A stretch of 38,510 nt of DNA, from the NCBI GenBank assembly GCA_030141605.1, contig JAQGDQ010001486.1:1-38510 (forward strand), in the 5' to 3' direction. Below are positions 26,071 through 38,510 of the stretch, piece after piece. A program made the position numbers and the translations under genes. Source of the DNA: Tubiluchus corallicola. Lineage: Eukaryota > Animalia > Priapulida. Below the pieces are notes generated by a model. It searched no databases and was not told where the DNA came from. It was given only the letters and a program-made list of their open reading frames with translations. Every line of letters begins with the position of its first letter. Position 1 is the stretch's first letter.

Positions 26071-26838
26071 GATACAACAGCAAAGGTACCAAACAATAAC
26101 AGTACCATGCACCACTAGCAGCTTGGTTAAGCAACAGTTGCAACAGCAGTAATTTCTGCTCAGCTGTGACAAATATGACACGTCGTCCCGTCAAATGCAT
26201 CAGAGCAACCATAGCGGCGACGACGACGACGACGATGACTACATTTACACGATCTGGTGCCGCCTTAACTGCCAGCAGCACCATAATCACAGCAAACACA
26301 ACAACAGTAACAATAGTTGATGACTGTTAGAAGCAACGGCGATGACGACAGCAGCTCAAAAGTAAGCAACTCAACTAAAAGTTCCTCCTTATTACGATCA
26401 TTACTCCAGATTATTCTAATGGCGTGACAGGGCAGACCAAATGTGCATTACAAAAGCCAGCGTAATTAACAGGGGTAATTAAGCCCTTAAAAGTGGCAGT
26501 CAACACTATTGAACCATGTTATATTCCGGTATGATGAGTTATTTAATGCTATTATTAATTACCAAGAAAAGCACTAAACCTCCATTGTTGTGAGCCGGGT
26601 AGCAGGAGATGGAAGTTAATTAATCTGTTCTCAGCTTCCTTTAAGATCAACAAGGGATGCAAACATTTGCGGAAATTGTCCCTTACTGCAGGAAATGACA
26701 ATCAAAATACGTAAATTTATTTTATTGCCAAAAATATCTGCAGATGAGGAGTTGCAGGAGACGCAAATTTATCCTCATATGAGTTTTGTAATATTTTCAA
26801 AATAGAACCGCCCTAATGCAAAGTTGATTAATTTTTCT

Positions 26839-27091
26839 CAAGGCTGGCAGTACGGTACGGTACGAAAAATATCTTACTTCGTTACATCTAAAAAATACCG
26901 TAACTACAAAATCGAATCGTACCGTACTAGTACCATAAAATATTGTACGGTAAATTCGTACCGTACCGTGCTGTTGAAAAAAACACCGTGCCGTAATTTC
27001 GTACCGTACCGTACTGTTGAAAAATCACCGTGCCGTAATTTCGTACCGCATCTTACTGTTGAAAAAATACCGTACCGTACTGTCAGCTTTG
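26839..27091. mobile_element. Small MITE rich in CCGTA/TACGG subrepeats (hAT-like)
   Basis: TIRs caaggctggcagtacggtacgg / ccgtaccgtactgtcagctttg with internal tandem subunits. TSD not convincing. Confidence 0.65.
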
Positions 27092-27481
27092 GTCTTTCGA
27101 CTGATTCTATGGTCGATCATCAGAAGTAATTTTTTTCTATTTTCACAGTCAAAAAAGGTTTAGCAAAATACACTCATTGCACCAAATTGTTTTAAATACA
27201 ACTCAGATCGTGACATTCACACAATTGCGGCCATGTTATGAAAACGTATTAGTTTTAGATCAGAAAATTTTAGCTGTCGTTTTGTTTTGAAAGCATTAGC
27301 AGCATGGGCTTTATTTCAGCTGCCGTTTCAACAGAATTAGCAGAAATTTCCGAATTAAGTTTTCAATGTTTTAATGACAGTATGAATATGCGATAGACGT
27401 CGCTGGCTTACGCGGGAATTTTGTCATGATACAAGTATTAACCCACAAACTGGCTATTACCATCATCACGGTGTTTCTTAA

Positions 27482-27990
27482 AGGAAAGGACGAGTCAGCT
27501 AGCGTGTTACCGTTATTTCACTGGTTTTACTTAAACTTAGAAAAATGTAAAAACAAAGAAATTTGCAAAAAAACTATCTATAAAGCATAAACTTTATTTA
27601 TAGTAACGGTGTAAAAAAATTTAGGCGCGGTAGTAACCGAAATATCATTTGAAAATTATTCGTAATATTCATTTGAAAATTATGAGGTAACAGGTGGACT
27701 TCGTAACTTTCCGTAAGCCCATCGTGGTTTTTCGTAAGCCAGAGCTGCTTAAACTATTTCATACTTCTGCAGTTTATCTAATGTACATGTAGACGTATCA
27801 CAAAGTCAAAATTATTGTAAAAAACTTATTATAGTTTTGACGAAACTAGACAATGCGCTTCAGCTGATGAATGACGTCATTGGTGGAAGGATTGGCGTTC
27901 AAAATGGAAGCCCCAAGCGTGAAATGATCGCATCTAAAGTGATTTTACTAAATCCTTCTAGCACTTCTTCGGAACATTGAAATACGAATT
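27482..27990 (+). mobile_element. TTAA-type element, family B (Kolobok-like)
   Basis: Starts TTAA|AGGAAAGG. Its 3' part matches 8340-8428, which ends CCTTTCCT|TTAA. Related pieces at about 37930-38235 and, inverted, at 1143-1198. Confidence 0.6.
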
Positions 27991-28769
27991 TCTTAAACAA
28001 ACATACGTGACCATTGGCATGATTTTATTGTAATTTTACTACAATAGTCTAATTTCCGATTTTAAACCTAAAAACAATAAAAAGGTTAATTCAAACGTGT
28101 TCGGTTTTGCATGTCTGGCTCGCTCTCTAAAAGAAGGAAAACTGAACATAATTGTGTAATCTATCAGATGTGCAACCTTGGACCTAAATTTTGAAAGTTC
28201 AAATTACACACAACCACCTAACACAAAGTTAGGGCAGGGCATTAGATTCTGATGATATTTGAGAAAAATTTGACAGGACGTTCTCTGACTGGGGAATTTA
28301 TCAAAAACTGTGCCTGTATTAGTAGGATCTACTGCGAGCTACAAATAAACGCACAACATATGTTCCGAATATACATCGGTATATTCAGTTTGTGAACTTG
28401 TTTTATATACATTGCAATTCGTAACGTTATTATCTGCATATTGAACAATAATTTTATTTCGGGATGTTTTTGTTTTAGGCTTGTAAGCTCAGAATTATAT
28501 TGCATCAATTTTAATCAGAATTATAATTGTTAATTAGATATAATAATAATAATGGGTAATACTTGTAATATTATGTAACTTTTAGCCTGCAAATAGAGGG
28601 CTTCATTTGGAATGATATTTATAATAAAAAATTTTCCTTTAGAAAATAAAGACATCTCAGGAAACTGCACACGCAGGAAAGTTTTTTGTTTGCTGTTTTC
28701 TATAGCAATTCCTTCACGGGTTTCCTTTCATGCACAAACCTTGTGAAACGTGTAGAGAACGTAACATAC

Positions 28770-28913
28770 CAGTATTGCTTCAAGATCATCATGTATGCCT
28801 TTGAGTAGCTGCAAGCGTCTCTCTTCTAAGACTTCCTCTGTCGTGATATCAACTGCAGACACTCGCCATGTGACCAACACTGCTACGATTAGAGCGACAC
28901 CTTCTGGACGCAT
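28770..28913 (-). CDS. Tk: Tachykinin-related neuropeptide precursor, coding exon 1 (signal peptide; MRPEGVALIVAVLVTWRVSAVDITTEEVLEERRLQLLKGIHDDLEAIL)
   Basis: ATG at 28913. Hydrophobic core VALIVAVLVTW followed by a VSA|V cleavage-like site. Ends CTG|GTATGT (phase-0 donor at 28769). A polypyrimidine acceptor (tgtttgactgttttccag|G, exon start 28952) lies just upstream, implying a further non-coding exon that I did not locate. Confidence 0.85.
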
Positions 28914-29049
28914 TGCAGCTCAACTGAAGCGTAATCACACACGGGAAAATTCCTGGAAAACAGTCAAACACATGCTCTTGAGAACAATATAATGTAATGT
29001 AGAACAACAATCTACAGAAGTTAGCGTTTCTAAGACAACAAGATGAAGA

Positions 29050-30243
<1,194 letters not shown>

Positions 30244-30964
30244 ACGATTCGATAATGGCCAAATGAGAAAGAGACGACTATAATGGCTTGAGACCGGAAT
30301 AAAGGGGCACAACTTTCCGTCTCAATGTCTGCTGTAAAACAACTGACAATCCATTAAATGAAAGCAAAATAAATTAGACTAGTTCAAAAAGAATTTAAAG
30401 CTTTTAAATCATTTAAATTTCACTGCTCGGCTGTAGAGTTCTAGTTTAACAGTCCGACCAAGTAAAACCACTTAATCAAAAATTCGGTGACTCGGTAGAA
30501 ACACACGAAATTTTCTTAGGTATTTTAAAATTAAAATCACCCAAAATTTTATAGCTACTGTACCTCACGATATTGATATCACTCCACAATTCTACTCTCT
30601 TTTGAATGTGTCGATATTAAAAGCGGGTTAGACACGCTGCTGAATTTAAATTAGACTCAATAATAGACTGCTAGTTATTACCACTGAATATGATACAGGA
30701 ATAGGGTAAAAAACACTCAGTCACCAAGTCTAAATCAATATGGCTCTAAACTGCTTGTATGAAATTTTATTATATTCTTTGGTGAGACAAATCTGATTGA
30801 TGCTTAAGCCAACTTTTTATTATCGATAATATTTTTAATTTTAAATTACGATTATTTTAATTTTTCATTTTACTCTGTGCATGTTTTCTTTCGAATTCGT
30901 CTCTTCCAGTTTCTTTTGAATTTTCTTCATTTTTTATGCTTTCTCGACGTTAATTTAGACTTAA

Positions 30965-31460
30965 AGGAAAACAGAACGGTTTTTCATATCCTACTCCATT
31001 TTGAAGTATGGTGAAAAGAACATATTTTAACACATAAAGTAGTGCCAAAGCATTTCTGATTATCAAATATTATTAAAAACTCAATTGACAGCGGGTGAGC
31101 TTAATTAGTGATGACATCACAACTGAACATAATTTTATACAGCAAAAACATTCCACGAGCGTGTTGCGCATGTTTGCGAAATCGGATATTGAAGTACAGT
31201 GCCACCATAGGACATTCATTGTGATATACAAAAACTCGGCAAATTTTAAGTTTAAAATTCAAATGGTTGCGCATGCGTGCTCGAACGTGTGAATTACGTC
31301 ACAACTGAACGCCTCTGAACTGAGAAATACAACATATGCAACTCATTTCCCTCTAACTAGTGAATGGCGAAATGCTTGTAACAGTGAAGAACGCGAAATT
31401 GCCATTCTGTGGTAGTAATTCTTTCACGTAAGTCATTCGTGAAAAAATAGTACGTTCCCT
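30965..31460 (+). mobile_element. Family A TTAA-flanked element, uninterrupted copy
   Basis: TTAA|AGGAAA start, GTTCCCT|TTGA end; colinear with 595-1213 and 23880-24395. Confidence 0.65.
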
Positions 31461-31624
31461 TTGAAAATTTTAATGGGTAAATTTAAGATTGGGTCCGGTT
31501 CACCTTTAAATAACGTTGTGGAAATGTCGAGTTAAATTAAGTTACTTAAATGTAACTCATATCTCGAAAAGACCAAGAATGACTCTAATGAGACGTAACT
31601 TACCCGTGGTATGAAGCCAGCAGG

Positions 31625-32175
31625 TGTGACAGAAAGTCACCAAATAATCACATTTGGTGTAAAAAGTCACAATTTTGGCTAAAAAGGTACATTAAAAAAG
31701 TCACAATAAATTTTGCCTAGTGTTAGGGGTTAGAGTTTGGATTAGGGCTAGAGTTAAGCGCTAAGGTTAGCGTTACGGTTAAGGCTAAATTTGCGCTTAA
31801 CGTACAACTCCATGTGCGTGTAATGCGTGATGCTTGATCTGTAATGTGTGATGCGTAGACAACAGTTTATACTTAATGTGGAAGTGTTGCCGTGTGTACG
31901 TAACGCGTAATCCGTGATGCGTGATACCTATTCATTCGAGCGTGGTGCCTGTCGTTTGAATACGCATCACGCATTACGAGCGCGTGGAGTCGTAACTTTA
32001 GCGCTATTTCTTTTTTCCTGTCCGGTGACTTTTTTCCTGTGACTTTTTCCTGTGACCTTTTTATCTGTGTTTTTTACCTGTAACTTTTTCCTGTGACCTT
32101 TTATCTGTGTTTTTTCCTGTGACTTTTTCCTGTGACCTTTTTATCTGTGTTTTTCTACCTTTAACTTTTTTACCT
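31625..32175 (-). mobile_element. Telomere-like-core element in reverse orientation, with a nested ~210-bp TIR element at 31793-32004
   Basis: AAAAAGTCAC repeats, TTAGGG-like core, GTGACTTTTTCC repeats. Nested imperfect ~41-bp TIRs gcgcttaacgtacaactcca..gcgtgatgc / gcatcacgc..tggagtcgtaactttagcgc. Confidence 0.6.
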
Positions 32176-32817
32176 AGATTCGTAAACAGGTAAGCATTGA
32201 CACCACTGTGTTTGACAAACGTAACTTTTGTTAGTCTAAAAGGTGAAAGGTCAAAGTCACTACAATCTGGAAAAATTTCAAATATCAAAACAGACGCTCA
32301 TGGTAAATCCAAATTCGATAGATCGATTATCATATTGTTCCGCTATCATTGTTCTCACATTGTTCCGCCGTCGGATTCTCGCCGCTAGGGTCGTCGTAAT
32401 AGCCATTGGACGGTTCGAACCAGAACTATCGGTAGGCGAGAGGCCTCCTGAAGCGAGATTAGTAAATCAAACGACTGGGAGACATTCATCAGCTTTGAAA
32501 GAGCGGCATAAGACCCGATGAAAATCTTGATTAACTTAGTAATTAAGTAAAATTAAAATGTCAATGTTTGAAAGAATCTTTACAACCGAAAATGGACAAA
32601 TGCTGGCTAAACGCAAAACGTAAAAAGAATCTACCCTTGAGGGTTCGCCACTCCCACACATTAACACCCGAAACAGTTCGGAGACTGTTAGGGAGGGCAG
32701 GGAGGTCAGGTGCAGGCTTGTCCTGTTTGGGGCTCAAACTTCAGCAACCATTGAACTCAAGGAAACAGAATGCGGCGCTTATATTTATAGACATTGCGCA
32801 GGTGAAATGGGCAAGTA

Positions 32818-33354
32818 CAATGTTCCCTCACTTATCGCAGGTGTTCCGTTCCAGGCCCATCCACGATAAGTAGATTTGAGCGAAGTAGGGATGCTATACT
32901 TATTTTAGTAGTTATACATTATTTTAAGTTTTTATAAACCCTCCCAACACTCTTATACATACCAATCGTGTGTTGTGTACAACCTCACGTCGGCAAGTAG
33001 CATCTCAAGCCGGCGCAAGTACTACATTTCGTTTTTGTGCATATTCATCCACCGAATAAATACACTATTTACTGTAAATGCTATTTTTTATGATTTATAA
33101 TATTCTTTTAATGTTAGAATTAATATTTTTAATATATTTCTATACATTTTGTGATCTTTTATGCAAAATTCATCAAATCTATACATTACTGTACAATACG
33201 TACTACGCATGTCCAAAAACACTTAAGAGGGAGTACCGCAAAAACCCGTGAAATAGCGAAAATATCGCGATAAATACTTTACATTAATATTTTTGAAAAC
33301 CCGCGAAACAGCGAGTCCGCGATACACGAACCGCGAAGTAGTTAGGGAACTCTG
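32818..33354. mobile_element. Tc1/mariner superfamily (pogo/Tigger-like) MITE
   Basis: TA|CAATGTTCCCTCACT ... AGTTAGGGAACTCTG|TA: TA duplication, imperfect TIRs, subterminal CCGCGA motifs. Confidence 0.7.
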
Positions 33355-34053
33355 TATTTAAATTTGAGCCAACCAGCAGAAAGAAGGATTTGCGAATTTT
33401 ATGCAGGTAAGATTATTGAGAATATTACATTTTTGATTTACAGGGGTGTTTTGCTTTAAAGCGACTGTGAAATAACATACATATTATGTTCATATCTGTT
33501 CAGCCCTGTAACACTATACAAACACCAGAATGAATTGTGGACGTTGTACTGGAAATCTTGCATTGGCGTGCTTGGCGGCCTTCGCTTGTTGTTGGCTTTG
33601 GCCACCTTGTGGCGATTTTTGGCCTAATCACGTGATCAATTTCATCTGGGTCAGAGGTCTACTGTGAAGTGAAGACGTGTCATAAGTTGATAAGATATTG
33701 TCGTTATCTGTTAACAATTGCTCATGATTTGGGGCTAATAACGTATGTATAGCCTCTAATTACTTTAATAAACTTAAATTTAGTTTAAAATAACGGCTAG
33801 GTATTAATTAATATGACAGTGCAGTGTATAACTCTTAATTATGTAAAATTGACTTTTGGTTATTATTATTTTTTGTTATTTTTTGGCACTAATTTCTTCT
33901 GTTTAGATGGAATGATATGTTTTTGCAAATAAAGAGCAAGGAAAGAGCAAAATTTAATCGAGCTTCGAATTTGGTTTTGAAAGCCCAAACAGACGTAGAC
34001 AATTTATTGTCGCCGTATAGATTGTGCTCTAGAGGCATGTTAAAGTCAAGGTT

Positions 34054-35032
34054 ATAGGTCAAGGTCACATTCGTGCTGGGGTACGTGGGAGGTTCAATTT
34101 CAGCCTGCGTGCAACTAAATCATAGCTCAGTGGGAGTACGCAGCATCCTAGCGTCTATTACGTCACGCATCATATCATCTGCACGAATTTAATGGATTGC
34201 TAAAATAATACTTTGCGTTACTCTTTCTCGGGTACCACAAAAACAGACGGATAGGTCAAGGTCACATTCCTGCTGGGGTGCGTGGGAGGTTCAATTTCAG
34301 CATAGGTGCAACTAAATCATAGCTCAGTGGGAGTACGCAGCATCCAAGCGTCTATTACGTCACGCATCATATCATCTGCACGAATTTAATGGATTGCTAA
34401 AATAATACTTTGCGTTACTCTTTCTCGGGTACCACAAAAACAGACGGATAGGTCAAGGTCACATTCCTGCTGGGGTGCGTGGGAGGTTCAATTTCAGCAT
34501 AGGTGCAACTAAATCATAGCTCAGTGGGAGTACGCAGTATCCAAGCGTCTATTACGTCACGCGTCATATCATCTGCACGAATTTAATGGATTGCTAAAAT
34601 AATACTTTGCGTTACTCTTTCTCGGGTACCACAAAAACAGACGGATAGGTCAAGGTCACATTCGTGCTGGGGTGCGTGGGAGGTTCAATTTCAGCCTAGG
34701 TACAACTAAATCATAGCTCAGTGGGAGTACGCAGTATCCAAGCGTCCATTACGTCACGCATCATATCATCTGCACGAATTTAATGGATTGCTAAAATAAT
34801 ACTTTGCGTTACTCTTTCTCGGGTACCACAAAAACAGACGGATAGGTCAAGGTCACATTCGTGCTGGGGTGCGTGGGAGGTTCAATTTCAGCATAGGTGC
34901 AACTAAATCATAGCTCAGTGGGAGTACGCAGTATCCAAGCGTCTATTACGTCACGCGTCATATCATCTGCACGAATTTAATGGATTGCTAAAATAATACT
35001 TTGCGTTACTCTTTCTCGGGTACCACAAAAAC
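34054..35032. repeat. Tandem array of five near-identical 197-bp units
   Basis: Unit starts ataggtcaaggtcacattc at 34054, 34251, 34448, 34645 and 34842. Confidence 0.97.
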
Positions 35033-35694
35033 CGGCAGATCGTTTTTCATTCATAGATTTGTAAGCAAGATCGATTATCCATGTAACCGAGATAGTTGTT
35101 AAAGTGTAGCGCTTAATTATTAACGGATTTTTGAAATATAAATGACAATGAAAAGCGAACATAGAGGCTCACGAGGTATAATAGAGCAACGAAAAGCAAA
35201 ATGGATTCTTGAATTGCCCACTTAGAACGTCTATCCATGACGCCAGGGACGAAATAAGTGAAAAGAAAAACTTCTGAGCAAAAACTTTGATAGAAAATTT
35301 GGTCACTTGTTGTACAGAAGATGCTCTATTACATTAATCATAATTTGCCTGCATAGGTAAAGAAACTGCTTGAGATTTCAGACAAATTATACTCGTCAGA
35401 TGATAATTCAACATCGTTGAAACGTGTTGATCAGAGCAGTGCAAGTTTTGAAAGACTGGTCGCGTGCAGCAGACCGCGTGGTGTTTAATAGCTCTAATTC
35501 TCCAGTTACATTCGCATGGAAAAGACAAAAATTACACAGAAAGAGCAAAGGGAAAAACAAAAGACCAATAAAAAGAGAATTGACAGATAGATAGACGAAC
35601 ATCAACAATAAAGAGAAATCAAGAGAAAAGACAGGAAAAAGAAAAAGTAATGAAGCAAAAGTTCGAAAAAGAAAGAGGCAAACAAAGAAGAGAT

Positions 35695-35990
35695 TGAGTG
35701 ACTGACTGACTGACTGACTCGCTGCTCACTACCTGTATGACTAACTGACTGACTCACTGACTGACTCACTGATTGACTCACTGACTGACTCACTGGCTGA
35801 CTGATTGACTGGCCGATTTAAGATTTTTTTAAGATTTAATATTTTATTTCAAACTTTACAAAGCTCATATACACATCACAAATTAATACAAATAATACAA
35901 TAAATCATGACACACAACAATAGCACAAATAACAATTATCTGACTGACTGACTGCCTGCCTCCCTGACCGACCGACTGACCGACTGACTG
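35695..35990. repeat. (GACT)n-type tetranucleotide repeats (two blocks)
   Basis: Direct reading of the sequence. Confidence 0.85.
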
Positions 35991-36494
35991 ATTTGATTTA
36001 CGCTTTGCTGCAAATCAAGTCCATAGTTACGTATAAATTAAATAAAAAGCATGTGCCACAATTGGACAATATTCACAACATTACATAGGCCTACTATATA
36101 CACAATAATAAGCTGTTCTACGATACTCAACACCAAAATTATATCTAATATGACAACTGTTGGCTTTATCTAACTACAATTCCTATGTAATAATTTCCTC
36201 CACTTTTCTAATGTCAGAGGTGTAAACCACTTCACTTCAGATAAAGTTTTAATTAGGGAAAATGAAATACGCATCATTCTTATATACAAACTGTAAGCAA
36301 GTTTCCTATGCATAACATCAAAGTAGGTAGCATTATGATTTACCGAAACAGTTCCAGCAGTATCATCATAATTTATTTTATTGACGACTTACAATTCATG
36401 ACAAAGTATTACATAAACAATGGAATACATTACAATGAAAAAACTACACAGGCAGAACCCCGCACATCGGGAGTGTATAATCGTCATACACAAT

Positions 36495-36529
36495 ACACAA
36501 CAACAACAACAAACAACAACAACAACAGC

Positions 36530-36582
<53 letters not shown>

Positions 36583-36597
36583 AAACAACAACAACAA

Positions 36598-36629
<32 letters not shown>

Positions 36630-36790
36630 GTACTGGTAAGCGATATATGATAAATAACGGTTTAATTTTGTTCTGACTGACTGACTGACTGACTGACTGC
36701 CGACTTACAGGTTGATTTATTAAAGAAATGAATGAAAGAATGAATGAATGAACGAATGAGTGACTGAGTGAATGAATGAACGAATGAGTG
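36495..36790. repeat. (AAC/AGC)n, (TGAC)n and (TGAA)n microsatellites
   Basis: Direct reading of the sequence. Confidence 0.9.
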
Positions 36791-37519
36791 ATAGGGTAAA
36801 TTAATGAGTGAACGGTCAAATATCATTTGCTGTATAATTGAAACACTAAAATCATGTTTGCACACCAATACGCAATAACTACAAATATTGTTCGTGACTG
36901 TGACATGATGAAACACGCTCCAGGAAAACACAAATAGATAGTAAATACATTGCTTTTTTGAAAAAACGAACACAGGAGTATAGGTTAGCAATTACACGTT
37001 CACCTTTTCCATCCAGGTGTACAAATACATGCTCATATTCAGGTAAAAATCAAGTAAATGCGGTCCTTAGAAATACAGCAAAATTGCTTCCTATTAGCTA
37101 TCCAGTTATAACATGCATTGACATCTCGCCAACGCAACTGACACCTTTCCTAGGGACTAGACTTCCATGCTTATCATACCGATTCACGGCACCGATATCT
37201 AATATTTAGGCAATATGGTTCTGTCAGAATTACAATAAAATAACAGTCAAGTAAATTTAAGATTTAAATACGGTTGTACTGTAGATCTAAACGAAAATGT
37301 AAAATTAAAGGTTAAGAACTCATTTAAAGATTATGTTTTAAGATATCTATTATAGCTCCTTACAACTCTGTATAATGTAATATAATTATAAGGGAACTAC
37401 AATGTGTGGTTATTATAAAGTTGAATGTCTGTAGATATGTTACTTTACTAACATCGCATTACCTGTTTTACTAACATCTTTATCTTTGTAAACTGTATAT
37501 TTTTATACGAAATAAACTC

Positions 37520-38510
<991 letters not shown>

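Noticed and set aside
30564-31625. Candidate non-coding first exons of the tachykinin gene (minus-strand donors near 30563 and 31604)
   Set aside because: Donor-like motifs alone cannot be told from chance without transcript data.

Overview
AT-rich, microsatellite- and MITE-dense eukaryotic (invertebrate animal) DNA; most long ORFs in the track are artefacts of simple repeats. The one well-supported gene is a minus-strand, spliced neuropeptide precursor of the protostome tachykinin-related (FxGxR-amide) family. I assembled it from three phase-compatible GT-AG coding exons (28913-28770, 22589-22517, 19828-19353; 693 nt, 230 aa). It has a signal peptide, five GFFG(L/A)R-amide peptides and, interleaved with them, five dibasic-flanked FD(F/L)(D/G)x pentapeptides. 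A probable plus-strand internal exon of another gene lies at 143-208. The rest comprises a 56-bp and a 197-bp tandem array, several non-autonomous DNA transposons (TTAA-flanked Kolobok-like, piggyBac-like, hAT-like, pogo/Tigger-like), elements carrying telomere-like (CCCTAA) cores, an RT (YADD) fragment next to a tRNA-like SINE, a GC-rich RTE-like insert, and a large inverted repeat running off the right edge. A lophotrochozoan (possibly annelid) host is an inference only.
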